Part shown: positions 25,191 through 37,820 of the stretch, piece after piece
Layout of the letters: every line of letters begins with the position of its first letter
Numbering within the stretch: the first letter of the stretch is position 1
Assembly: GCA_951406725.2 (NCBI GenBank)
Contig: OX597828.1
Location: 25,234,001 to 25,298,000 of the forward strand
Source: Octopus vulgaris
Taxonomy: Eukaryota
DNA length: 64,000 bases
Direction of reading: 5' to 3'
Made by a program: the position numbers and the translations under genes
Notes under the pieces: generated by a model
Seen by the model: only the letters and a program-made list of their open reading frames with translations
What the model was told of the DNA's origin: nothing
Database searches by the model: none

Positions 25191-26473
25191 TTACTCATTC
25201 ACAGCATTGGGAAAAGTGAAGTTGATGTTCTTTGACATAACTTGTCATATAGGTATATCGGTTAAACCTGGTTTATCCTAATGTTGCATTAAGCTTGTTA
25301 TATACTTGCACATGTTGTTGCTAAAGAAATCATGGTTGTCAGTAATTTACTAAATGTAGGGCTGTTTGCTGGAGAAAGAGGACATTCTAAAGTATATCAG
25401 TCTATTGTGAAGATGAAGGGTAGTGAGATGATAGATCTTCATATTGAAGTTGGTCATTTTGGAATGACTTGAATTTCTCATAGAATTTCCTTGTTTTTGA
25501 CAGATACCTTATATGAACCTAGCATTGGTGTGGGCTGTTATGCGTACTGCCAAATGAGTTTTTGAAGTCAAGTTTAATAATTGAAGGAATTGCTGCTCTA
25601 CGATGTTTCTCTGGGTAAAAATCTAATCTTTGTCTCTTATTTATGAAGCATGATTAATCTTTTCGCTGTTGCTATTAGTTATTCTATGTCCATAGTCCAA
25701 ATGAAGAAGGTGGGCAGAATCAAAGTTCAATGGTTATAAATTGACATGATATACTTTTCTTTTCTCTCTATTCTCTGTATCTCTTACACTGCTGTTTGCA
25801 ATTCATTATATAAAGTATGTTTTGATAATGACAAACTAAAGTCTTCTTTTATTGATTCATTTAAAAAATGATTTTTTAACATTATATTCACTTAAATTCC
25901 TTTGTTGAAGAGATTCGCTTCTTTTCATTCTTCTTTGACTTCAATTATTTTTGCAAATAATCTTTTACAGTCTTCTTGGTGTTGCCTATTATTTCCTGTT
26001 TAGTGGACACCTTTAATTTTCTTGAACAAGTAGTTCAAAACAAATATAAATACAAAGTTTTCATACTTCATCACATTGTTTTGAAAAACTGCTGGATCAC
26101 ATAAAACTGGTGCTTCATTGTAGCAGTAAGAAAACATTCCCTGAAGAATTTGTTTCCATTGCTGATATGTAATTGAACTGAGGCTTTTGGTGAATGACCA
26201 GTGTTTTGTCCTATTCTGCCTCATTCAGATTTGGTTATTTATATTAGTAGTTAAAACTATGTTTTTGAGTTGATATGTAGCAACATCCCAGAGCAACACA
26301 ACAAGGTGCTAAGTGTTCTGCAAGATCTTCAATTAATATTCCAGTCATTTAAATTTTATAAAGCTTCTTCTGGTACTGTAATCTTCACAAAAGCAATGTA
26401 TATATGTATTCCCTTTTTACAACTGAATGGGGTTAAATAGCTAGGATTGAAATTCCTTCTCTGGTTCTGCATA

Positions 26474-26786
26474 TCTATATAATAATCTGCTTGTTTGTTC
26501 GCCCATTATTCATTAGTTAGTTAGGGAGGTGGAGTAAGAGTGAGAGAGAGGGGCGTGAAGAAAGAAGAGAGGAAGAAGTAGAAAAGTAATTAATATTAAT
26601 ATACTTAGGCCAAATGTGTCATGTGGTCAGCTGAAAATAGAGGTGAAGAATGAGAGAAAAAGAGGGAGAGAGAAGTGTTAACGATGTGCAGTGCAGTGGG
26701 GTGGGGGAAGGAATACTTATTACATGGTTAAAAAATTAGCTGAAGAGAAAGTGAAATAGAGAGAGGACAGGGAAAGCAGTTATATA

Positions 26787-26848
<62 letters not shown>

Positions 26849-27287
26849 AGAGAGAGGCAGATAGTGGTGGGGGTGGTGTATTGATAATAAAAAATTTTCT
26901 TTTCATTGAACTATTTTTTTTTTCATAGTGACCATCACTTAATGCCTAAGTGCAATTATTTATCATTTGCTTGCTTGAAAAATTGTTATTTGTTTATAAG
27001 GGCTAATTTAGCTTAAACTTTGGGTTTACAAGAAACACAATGTTGCAAGCTGCCCGAGAAAGGATGCACAGATGTAGAACATGGATCAAAGAGGAACAGT
27101 GAGAAAATACAATAAAAAGAGGAAAAAGACAAACACTGACAGAGACACGAGGAAACGAATGTAGGCGAATGTTAAAAATACTTAAAGAAGCTAAACTATG
27201 AATGCTGTAAAAATGCAAATCATCCTTTCTTTCTTAAGTAGGTCCTCTTAATTTTCCATTCCATGGAATTTCCACAGGTCCCACTAG
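26474..27287 (+). mobile_element. Probable non-autonomous Helitron (older family)
   Basis: A|TCTATATAATAA start, degenerate hairpin CCATGGAATTTCCACAGG, then CACTAG|T. Internal GA and TA microsatellites. Confidence 0.6.
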
Positions 27288-28468
27288 TAAATATATAATT
27301 GAGGAGTTGATGTATTCAATTGTATAAAAAAAAATCAACTCAATATAGAGTTGTATATTATATAGAAGCTGAAACTTTCATTATTTCCACTCCAAGTTTC
27401 ACCCTCGAGTATGCACATGCAGCAGACTCACCCAGGATTGGTGAAGCTTCAGCTCCAATATTCTGTATTTGTGTGTCTTTAAACCAGGGCCTTTTTTTTT
27501 TTTTGTCATGTTGTGTCTCTTTATGTGTCATAACTTATCAAATCAATAAGTAATTTAATTTTTTTTTTTAAAGTACCAGATTGAAAAATAAGTGCTGGAA
27601 TTTATATTATTGATTAAATTTTTGAAGCTAGTGTCACAGCATGACCTCAATCCAATGATTGGAACTAGTTATAAAATAAAAGAATATAGATGCTTGTGTG
27701 CATTATCAAATATTTTAATGCTTTTTTTTTCTAAATTAAATAATTTCAAACATTATATAATTCAGAAATTGAGGCATGTTGAGGTTTAGCCCAGTCATCT
27801 CTGATCCACCTTCCTATAATCAAAGATGTTCCCATCAAGACCATCTTGACTTTTTATAATATCTAATCTGTACTTCCATTTTGAAGATGGTATGGTGTAA
27901 TTTGAGGAAAATTTGACTACTATTTCTAGTTGATCAAATGATCACCTACAGGTTCCTTCACTGACATGTGGAGCTGGGGTTTTGTATACACAGATATGTT
28001 CTAGCTGAATCAAGATGTCAAGTAAATCATTTGGTAAAGCTATACCATATATAATTAATATAATTCATTCTGTTCTTTTTTAATAGCATATAAATCAATC
28101 TAGATATTAATTTGCACATCTAGACAGATTTTTCTGTGATCTTATTTATTTATAGATACTGTGATGTCGTTTTGTTTCTGTAGTTCTTCTTTTTACATTG
28201 AATTTTTCAAAATAAACCTGTTCAAAATTAGTGTGATGTGATCTATGTAAAATATATATAAATGTGATGTGATCTATGTAAATATATGTATTTTTTTTTT
28301 GTTTTTAGTATATTTTTCTTAATTTATGTTTTTCAGTTATAGTTATTTTATAATATAATTTTCTGAGCTATCAATTTGATTTATTTTTTCTAAATTTGAC
28401 ATATGTATAAATTTCCTTGCATTTTATTTTAAATACTTTCTTTTTCGTACATTTTCTTTCTAACTCAG

Positions 28469-28479
28469 TGCGTTCATAG
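28469..28479 (+). other. Candidate 3' splice site and very short terminal coding segment (xTG CGT TCA TAG)
   Basis: ~180 nt of U-rich sequence ending TTTTCTTTCTAACTCAG at 28468, followed by ~1 kb without recognisable repeats. Confidence 0.25.
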
Positions 28480-29575
28480 TTAATGTCACAGAGTGTTTGT
28501 TTTCAAACAAGTATGGATAGAGTAGCCCTCCCAGCAAATTTTTCCTTTTCATTGTTTCTTGCCAGGTTTTGTTATATCTGGTTTGAAATGTCAAAATTAG
28601 TCTTTCAAAATATTCAGTTTGAACATTCAAATACCTATTTTCTCATGGTCAGCTGTATATGGACTGTTTATAGAGTTAGAAACCAGTATAAACTGTACAT
28701 ATTTGTTCCTAAAATAGAATAAATTTAGAAAATTTCTTATAGAAAAATATCATAATTAGTTTCAATATTTTGTTTCATCTAGAATATATCTTAGCACTAG
28801 CCCTAATCTTTCATTAGTCATAAACAAATTCAAAAAGAGTCCAGATCTACTGCTAAAGGTTAAAAAAGACTAAAATATTTTACCACTGATTTATTTTTGA
28901 ACCCAACCAATACCAGATACTTAGCCCCAGTGTATCATGTGGCCTGCTTCTTGAAAAAGGTTGCCCATGCCTGATATGGAATCTTCCTTGTTTGCTTAAC
29001 TCGCAGGCAGTTATTCATATATATGCCATATTATCTTATGATGTGTTGATAAGTCTTAAGTGAATATATGTCACGAAGGAAAGTTGCAATTGCTGAGTGA
29101 TTGTGTTGATATCTCATCTGTGTGGAGTGGAGTTAGATTATATCTTGTTACTTGTACTGTGATATGTCATAGGCAAGACACAAAGCCTCTCCCATCACCA
29201 TGATCTATATAGAGAAAAGATAAGTATCAAGATCAGTGGTTGGGCAGAAAATCAGTTAGCTAAAAATTGTCATTTATTTTGGTGGTTTATCATGTGTTGT
29301 CAGCCATAATATACCCTGATGAACCAAATCAGTGACTTACATTTTATTCCCAGTGATAACTAATGTATTCACTCTCTCTTAAAGTTCCTGTGAAAGGCAT
29401 AGATAAGGATCACAGTCCCCATTTTCTTCATCTCTGGAAGTTGTTAGCTCGTTAAAAAGCCACTGATAGATACCTTTTATCATGGAAGCTGAGTTAATTG
29501 GTTTGTTAATCACAATTATTTTCATAGACTATCTTGATAGTGAAATTCTCACATGAAAATAAAAAGGTTAAAAGC

Positions 29576-30063
29576 ACTGTGTAATATGATTTTTGTCTTT
29601 GGGTAGCAACTATTATTTCCTATTCGTTTAGTCCTAGAAAGTATGAAAATGGCTAATATTTCCTTCAAACTTTGCTTTTGTTACATTTATTCAAACCCCA
29701 AAGAATTCCTCTCAACACTGGCTATGATGCTCCCCCACTACTACTTCTCATGATAAGAGAGGCACATATTGTTAGCCACTGAGGGACATGCACAAGTGGT
29801 GAAGGTGAAGCAATTGACAGGCACATCTGTGGTATTGAGCAGAATATTTGCTATAATGATATTTCTGCTTCAGCAACTCTGCACTGAATCTGTGTGAAAT
29901 GTAATGGAAAATAGGTCACTTTCAAAACATTGATGCCCAAGTCACAAAAGCAAAGTTTGAAGGGAATAGCAGTCATTTCCTTTGAATTCTAGATAGAAGC
30001 AAATAAGAAATAACACTGACCAAAGACAAACAAAAAGAAAAACACAAAAAATTGTTACACAGT
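29576..30063. mobile_element. MITE with ~110-bp imperfect TIRs
   Basis: ACTGTGTAA...TGTCTTTGG...ATTTCCTTCAAACTTTGCTTTTGTTAC is mirrored by GTCACAAAAGCAAAGTTTGAAGGGAAT...CCAAAGACA...TTACACAGT. Confidence 0.75.
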
Positions 30064-30624
30064 TAATGGGTTTTGAGTGTGCTTGTTCAGAACTGTCTTA
30101 AAGATGTTACTTTTCTGTAGTTAAAAGCATCTACTAGTCTAACTTGCAGCATTTTATTTTGATGGTGTTTAAAGTGTCTCATGTTTCAGCATATATTTGT
30201 TTGACCTCTTGAAAGAAATACATCTTTAGTTTTACTCAACTTTTCCTCTTATGTTGTTGTTATGCTGTGTATTGTGTATGACTTGTGTATAACTGTTATG
30301 TTTAGTACTTTCTAACTAAGTCCACCAAACTGTAAACAGGTACCTCTAAGAAGATACATCAGTGCATACATGATTGCATATAAATGTTTTGTTGCTTTGG
30401 AGTGCTGAGATCAAATCTTTTCAGAGATAGAAGCTTAGAGAAGAGTGAAGTCTGCTACACTGACTTGCCATAGTAACAAATACCAAATGAAAACAAGATC
30501 TGTGCTAGGCCTAAGTGTCATGTCATATTGCATTTTAGGAGTCATAAATATACACACTTTTCTGTGGTTTATATAATGTTTCAGAGATAAAGAATTATAT
30601 TTATGCTTAAAGAGTTTACAAATA

Positions 30625-31371
30625 GTGAATTCAAAAGAGAGGTTGATACAATACCAAAAGAGAATGCAAATTGTTGAGTTTGCAGAGTGCCTGACGGTTC
30701 AAGTATACAGGGGTGCTAGAAAGAAGTTAGATAGCATTATATGTCACGATACCAGTAGTACTTGCCCTAGATATAGGAGTGAAGACTGGAATAGAATACA
30801 AAAAGTTTTTCACAAAGCAAACAGGGTGAACATGTGGTACAAAACCAACAAATATCAAGGAGTGATGTTTGTAGAGGCCACAGCCCATGGAGAATTAGCC
30901 CATAGATTTAGGAAAGCTCTGAAGGAGGCCAAACTCAACATTAGGATCATTAAAAAGCCAGGGAGCTCTATCAGATCACAACTATGTAGGATGTACCCCT
31001 TTGAGAATACCACATACACCAATGACAACTGCATAGTATGTAAGATTAACCCTGGCATTAACTGTAGAACTAGAAATGTAGTCTACAGCATAATGTTCAT
31101 AGAAGGTGCTTGTAAAGATGAGAACATGATATACATAGGTGAGATGTCTAGGAGCATTGCAGGGAGACTGAATGGACATTTGAGACAATATGACAACAAA
31201 AAACCGTCCTCCATACTCTACCAACATGCCAAAGACCGACATGGGGGCACACTTGGTCAACTTGACATCCATATTTTATCCAAGCACTCGAAGGACCCAA
31301 CACTCAGACAAATACAGGAATACGTCCTCATAAATGAAACATCTCCAGTACTAGATAGGAAATATACGTAG
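30625..31371 (+). mobile_element. Penelope-like element ORF C-terminus with GIY-YIG endonuclease (5'-truncated)
   Basis: 248-aa open frame: CIVC..NCRTRNVVYSI..C..IYIGEMSRSIAGRLNGH..LYQHAKDRH..RQIQEYVLI..PVLDRK. Followed by microsatellite-rich 3' sequence. Confidence 0.88.
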
Positions 31372-32207
31372 CAGGTAGTCATACCCCCATACCCACAGTT
31401 TATATATATACAGGGAGAGTAGTTAGTTGGCTGTTATGTAGATGTATGTATATGTGTGTGCATGTGTGTATATATGTGTATATATGTATATACGTATATC
31501 TGTATGTATGCATGTATATACATATATATGTAGGTAAATGGATATGAATGTAAACAGATAGACATACAGATTGATAGGTACATAGGTAATATGGACAGAC
31601 AAGTACACACGCACGCATACATATGCAAATGAAGACTGAAGTACACAACCATATACACACATGCACACTTCACACAAGGACACATATGGAGAGACACATC
31701 CATACATAATAGACGCACATGCAGTCACAAAAACCCATACACAGATACATTCAGACATGCACATGCAAGGAGATAGAGGTACACACACGAACACACAAAC
31801 ACATGAATATGCAGAATACATATAAATGTACACACACACACATACATATATGTATGCATACATGCATACACACATACATACATATGTGTATGTGCATGCA
31901 CACTGACCCACACACTTGCACACAAACAAACAAAAGGAATTCAGCTCAGATAATGGACGGCGTCAACGACTATTGAAAAGGTTGCAAGACGCAATAAAAA
32001 TTTTAGAAAAAATAAATTAGTAAATGAGTGGAAATTGAACCGGTGCATGTGTTAAATAATAAGGCTCTAAAAGAGAATGATTCTCCCCAGACACAATAAA
32101 TAACTATAGATTTTTTTCATGTATATTATCACTATTTATGTCTGGATTAAATGTTCATGCTCCTACCATTGTCAACCAATTTAATGTCTGTCAGTTGGAC
32201 TTGAATA

Positions 32208-32510
32208 TTTTATTATTATTTGATTTGACTCAGGTTTGGACTTATTCCTGGTAGGATTTATGTGGGTAGCAGGTTAACCTTAGGTATCCACAGGTTTGCA
32301 GTAGTCTTTCAAATGTTTAGAACCCTCCCAATAATTCTTGTTGTCCTTAAGAGACAAACTTTCTGTAGGAGCTCTACCGTACATTCTATTCCAATCTCCT
32401 TCAGCCATTGGTCCCTTATTGGTCTCAGGGCACCAATTATTATAGGCACGACCATGACAGTTCTCATATTCCAGATTCTTCCTATTTCAAATTTTAAGGG
32501 ATTGTATTTT
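32208..32510 (-). mobile_element. R4/Dong-type (restriction-like endonuclease) non-LTR retrotransposon 3' end
   Basis: Minus frame KYNPLKFEIGRIWNMRTVMVVPIIIGALRP..WLKEIGI..LLQKVCLLRTTRIIGRVLNI*, a short UTR and an (AAT)n tail. Confidence 0.8.
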
Positions 32511-32574
32511 TGTTTGTTTTTCGCCCTCTTTCCTTCTTGCTTTGTTTTTCTCTCCTCTTTCTTTTCAATCCTGG

Positions 32575-33622
32575 AATGGCAGAGAAATTAGCAAACAAGT
32601 CAAAATGCTGTTTTTGTGTTCTGAGTTCAAATTCTGCTGAGATTGACTTTCAACCTTCTGGGGTCAATAAAATAAGTGCCAGTTGAGCACTGGGATTGAT
32701 ATAATTAACTTAATCCCTACTCTGAAATTGATAGCCATGTGCCAAAATTTGAAACCATTGTCATTATTATGAAGGCAGCAAGCTGGCAGAATTGTTAATT
32801 GGACAAAAAGCTTTGTAGCATTTCATCTATCTTTATGCTCTGAGTACTAATGCTACCGAGGTTGACTTTGCTTTTCATCCTTTTGGTGTCTGTGCCATAA
32901 GTACCAGTTACGCACTGGGGTTGATGTAATCAACTAGCCCACTCCCCCAAATTTCAGGCCTTGTGCCGATAATAGAAAAAATTATTATTAAGGTGATGAG
33001 CTTACTAACCACCTAGGTTTGATGTAATTGACTCCCCCTCCCCTCAAAACCAGCTGTGATAAAATTATTATTATTGTTGTTGTTGTTATTAAGTACTAGT
33101 GAAACACTGGATTCAATGTAATCTGCTAGTCCTCTCCCCTAATATTTGAGGCCTTTTGCCTATTATTATTATTATTAAGGTGGCAAGCTCGCAGAATCGT
33201 TAGCATGCCGGGCGAAATGCTTAGCCATATTTTGGTCATCACTATGTTCTGAGTTCAAATTCCACTGAGGTTGACTTTGCCTTTCATCCTTTCGGGGTCG
33301 ATGAATTAAGTACCAGTTGAGTACTGGGGTCGATGTAATCGATTGGTCCCCTTCCCCAAAATTTTCAGGGCCTTGTGCCTATAGTAGAAAGGATTGTTAT
33401 TATTATTATTATTAAGGTGGCGTGCTGGCAATCATTAGTATGCTGGACAAAATGCTTAGCGATATTTTGCCCGTTGCTACGTTCTGAGTTCAAATTCCAC
33501 TGAAGTCGGCTTTACCGTTATCCTTTGGGGTCGATAAAACACGTACCAGTTAAACACTGGGGTTGATGTAATTGACACGTCCCCTCCCCCAAAATGGCTG
33601 CCCTTGTGGCAAAATTTGAGAC

Positions 33623-33673
<51 letters not shown>
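32575..33673 (+). mobile_element. Head-to-tail cluster of about 6 SINE copies/fragments with (TTA)n tails (family B head)
   Basis: Repeated AAGG(T/C)GGC.AGCT.GCAGAAT.GTTAG...TTCTGAGTTCAAATTCC...CTGGGGT.GATGTAAT.GA units starting at ~32575, 32772, 32989, 33197 and 33414, plus a fragment at ~33090. Each ends in TTATTA. Confidence 0.8.
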
Positions 33674-33898
33674 CTTATAATAATTCTGCTTGTCATTGCA
33701 TTACTTAGCCTGTCGATTGTCGATAATGCTTTCACATGATTAGAGAAAAACAGGGAGAGAGAAGCATCCATGAGGTGAGGTAGAGGGAATGTAATTGTAA
33801 CGCTTTCACGTGACTAGTTGAAGAAGAGAAAGATAAAGGGGAAAGGAAAAGAGGATAAGCTGAAGAGTGAGACAGAAAGTGGGAGAAAGAAAAAGAGG

Positions 33899-33941
<43 letters not shown>

Positions 33942-34590
33942 CAGTATCCATAGCATGAGGTAGGTGGAATGTAATATTTACTACATGGTTAGTTGAAGGT
34001 AGAGAAGGAGAGTTAAGAATATAATTTTAGCAGGGGGTGATGTTCTGATAGTGAGGTTAAAGGAAGGCAGTGAGAGAAGAGAGGAGAGGAGAGAGAGAGA
34101 GAGATGATGATGATGATAATGATGGTAGTGGTGATGGTGATTGGATAGTGAAAAGTGTATTTTTTTCAAAAATTGAACTAAGTTTTTTTTATACCACTTA
34201 TGCAACGTATGTGCATAAGTGCAATTTAACGGGATATTTTCTTTTGTTTATGGGGAAATGGAAAAATAAGAGTGAATATTTATTTTAGGAGTGCTGTGTA
34301 ATTAAGTCTATAAAATTGTGCATAAAGTGTGTATATAAAGTGCATTAAGTAACCATCGTATTCCAATTTCTTTCTCTTTTCAATGAGTAAGCAGATGAGT
34401 GACTCTCTTTCCATACAGACACAACACAGGCTACACTTTCGGGTGTTTTTGGATAAAGTTTTCAGAAACAACCCAATAGGTTTACCATCAATTCCGTGAA
34501 ATGTTCATGAGTCCCAATAGTTGTTATTATCATTTCATTTCATTTGAGTTTGAGTCCATGCTCAGGCCAAATTGAAGACTCCACCCTCAT

Positions 34591-34599
34591 AAAAAAAAA
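34591..34599 (-). terminator. RNA polymerase III oligo-T terminator of the tRNA-Glu gene
   Basis: T9 run on the minus strand starting 7 nt after the tRNA 3' end. Confidence 0.85.
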
Positions 34600-34605
34600 C
34601 ATGCG

Positions 34606-34677
34606 TTCCCATGCCGGGAATCGAACCCGGGCCGCCTGGGTGAAAGCCAGGAATCCTAACCACTAGACCACATGGGA
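34606..34677 (-). tRNA. tRNA-Glu-TTC: tRNA-Glu (anticodon TTC)
   Basis: Minus strand TCCCATGTGGTCTAGTGGTTAGGATTCCTGGCTTTCACCCAGGCGGCCCGGGTTCGATTCCCGGCATGGGAA. 72 nt, perfect acceptor stem TCCCATG/CATGGGA, anticodon stem CCTGG/CCAGG with loop CTTTCAC, intact A and B boxes. Confidence 0.97.
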
Positions 34678-34909
34678 AAGCCATCATTTCTATCAGGTAT
34701 CCATTATAAAGTTTTCAGTTAAAAAAAAAATTCACTAAGGTTTCTTTTTTTTTTTTTTTTGTGTTATCATTTTTTATTGTTATTGACCACTCTTTATTTA
34801 GTTTTCTTCAGTTAATTGTTTTTATGTTTTAAAAGGAAAAAAATTGAATCAATACAGTTTATTGTTTTAAGCCGAAATTTATTTTATTTTATTTGTTAAT
34901 TATTTTTAG

Positions 34910-34956
34910 GAATTCATTAGCAGAAAAACCAACTCCTCCCAACAAACATGATTAAG
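34910..34956 (+). other. Candidate 47-nt exon
   Basis: U-rich tract ending TATTTTTAG and strong donor AAG|GTAAGC. All three frames contain a stop, so it would be stop-containing or UTR (the final ATG ATT AAG could also be a start). Confidence 0.45.
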
Positions 34957-35333
34957 GTAAGCAAGTAGATTAAAACTTAACCCCTACCTTTACGCAAACC
35001 TATAGTACTAAGAAGAAGATGCAATTTATAGTTTGAATACAATCTTAAACTATTGTGTATGATGGTATGCAATAGGTTCAGTGTTAAAATGTTTTGTAAT
35101 GTCCTGCCACCATGATATTGGTGTTTTGCCACTGAAGTTGTTCATCCTCATTATACTGTGTGACTAACATAGATCATTTTGTTACTCTCTTTCTCTCTCA
35201 TTAAACCATAGCCAGATTTTTAGCCAAAGAAAAGCCTACACTTTGGACTGGAGAAATTGCGATGACATAAAAGCCTTGCTTTTCTGAAGTGTCTTATTAA
35301 TCTAAATGGAATGAAATGTATTTGATATTTTAT

Positions 35334-35552
35334 TTAACCCTTTAGCATTTAAACCGGCCATATCCGGCCAAAAGTATTCTGCCTGTTTTATGTTCAAACT
35401 GGCCAGATTTGGCCTCTCACACCAACCCTACAATGTCGTTTTAAAAATTAACAGCTACCTCATCAAAATCTCAATGCTATAAGATTAGTTCAAAACAATG
35501 TGGATAAAAAAGGATTAATTTTGGCAGAATAATGCGAACACTAAAGGGTTAA
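35334..35552. mobile_element. piggyBac-type MITE, family P1
   Basis: TTAA-CCCTTTAG ... CTAAAGGG-TTAA. Close reverse complement of 58145-58373. Confidence 0.88.
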
Positions 35553-37694
35553 ATTAGGTTCATGATAAGCTTGATTTTCTAGTGGCTTACCACTGTAGAA
35601 CAGTTGTTGCTAAACTGCTCTTGTTTCCACACAGATCCACTGCTCAGAAATTAGTCATGAAGTGCATGTGAGATGAAGGTGGTTGGACATTAAAGGCACA
35701 AAGCAATAGTGATGACTGACTGCTCAGGTGTGAACTTATTTTCTATATGGATGACATTTAGTGAAATGTATCAAGTAACAATGGAAAGCTAAAGAAACCT
35801 TGGGAAGGAATAGTTAGGTCTGATGTGGATGCTGGAGCTCACAAACAATGCTGCAAATGGCAATGTGATGTACTCAAACTAATTGGACAAACTATTTGAA
35901 GTAACTCTACATCATCATTATTTAACATCCATGTTCCTGTCTGGTATGGGTTGGACAACTTTTGTATTGAATAATTGTGTGGTGACTTGATTGCAATTGA
36001 CACTTAAAGCGGGAAAACTTCCACAGGAATGTTTTAATTTGTAAATTGTAAGCATCATCACAGAGAAAGAATTTTATAGCATTTAGAATCTGAACTGGTT
36101 CAGTTTCAAAATCTTTGCTTTTTTCACTTAAATTCTTAATGAATATACTACTTATTAAATACACTACTTGTGTTTCAATAATTTTGAAAATATTTGGAGG
36201 GATTTAATAAAATAACATTTTTACATTATTGTGCAGGTGGATGGAACGTAAGTTTATTTGTTTTTTAACATAAAGTTTATATGCATATTGCAGCTTTTGG
36301 TGGTTTTATTTGTACCGTAGATATAAATATCATCAAGCTGATATTTATATCTTGGAGTTGTATTCATAAATGATGGGTAGCAGGAGGGGAATTGGATGCT
36401 AGAGTTGCAGGTGTTGGCTGAGTAATATGCCAGCACCAGCATTCAATCCTCAAAAGAGATGAGGCTGGTCAAAAAGCAAACTTGCTATCTTCAGTTTGTC
36501 TTTCATATCTGTCCTCACTTAGTGTCATGAGTGTTGGGTAATGACTGAAAGGGTACAATTGCAAATGCAAGTGGTTGTAAATGGGTTCCCCCTAAAGGAT
36601 CTCTGGGGTAACATTACTTGACAGGCTGCATAGCTTTGAGATATGAAAATATCTGCAAATGAACTGCTACTTCCCTGCATTGAGAGGTTACAACTGTAGT
36701 ACTACAAACTTGTGATTAGAATATTGTTGGAAAGAACCATAAGATGGATCCTTCAAGCTTAGTCAACCAATAGGAGAGCTAGGAATAGACCAAGGATGAG
36801 ATGACTGGATAATATCCGTTGTTTGTTGGTCATGTTTCGAAATCTATCTGGAAAGTGTAACGATGATTGCTTTTGAGGAGATCCTATGGAAGAGGTGCCT
36901 GAGGACTCTACTCCCATAACTTTCTCAAGAATAATGGGCAGAGAAAATGGGTAGATGGAAGCTGATATAGAATGTTTTAATTTAAATATGAATATTTTAT
37001 AATGTGGATGGAGGTGTATTATGGAACTGAGTGGCCTTGAGCTTAACTGGCTTAACATTCATAATATTCCTGAGAAGAGTAAAAACGAAAAGCAATCTCT
37101 TTTCCAGTATTCTATAAACCCTAAAGATTATCATCTCTATAAGAAGTCAATCAATAATTTGCATTGTACAACATTTGGCATAAATAGTCAAAATATTTGC
37201 ATGCTCACTACAAATTATTATCTTGTTATCGTGCATATTTTGATTTTGTTAGTAGTTTATTGTTGCGTTGATAAGTAGCTAATGTTCATTATCTTAGCAG
37301 TTGGTAATATTGATATAACATCAGGCGCAAGTGTCTGTTTTTTATCAAACCGGACTGATATCCCCTGATATAAACAGCAACAGGGTAAATTGTCTGTTTT
37401 TACTCCTCTGCTTTATACTTATTAAGGCAACTGACACTGATAAAATAGCAAGCACAGAGAACTGTTTGTGTTTGTATTAATGCTTTAGGATTACAATAAA
37501 GGCAACTGACTTTAATTATATAACAGCAGACAAAAATACTTTATCCTACACCATATTGCTAGCACAATAAGAATTGAATGGGTATTGATAAAATATATTT
37601 TTTACCGAATAAAACATATTTATCATACTCTTATGTGACTTATTAATGAACTGTTGTTCTCTAGTTAATTTCTTTACTATTTGTGTATAGTAGT

Positions 37695-37820
37695 GATGGT
37701 GCAAGGCCTAGTGATTAAAGCATTACACTCATGATCACAAGATTGTGGTTTCTATCCCTGGACCTGGTGGTGTGTTGTGTTCTTGAGCAAAACACTTCAT
37801 TATATGTTGCTCTGGTACCT
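37695..37820 (+). mobile_element. SINE family C head fragment
   Basis: GGCCTAGTGATTAAAGC...GTGTTGTGTTCTTGAGCAAAACACTT matches the 57239-57581 head. Confidence 0.65.

Noticed and set aside
31400-31976. Multiple ORFs up to 168 aa
   Set aside because: Low-complexity CA/TA-rich sequence downstream of the Penelope-like ORF.
34948-34956. ATG ATT AAG as the start of a named MIK- protein (e.g. AP-3 sigma)
   Set aside because: No matching downstream exons were found in the remaining 29 kb. Three codons are not diagnostic.
36240-37320. Possible old LINE RT (QLDDIYIYG)
   Set aside because: Only one weak motif is readable. Too decayed to call.
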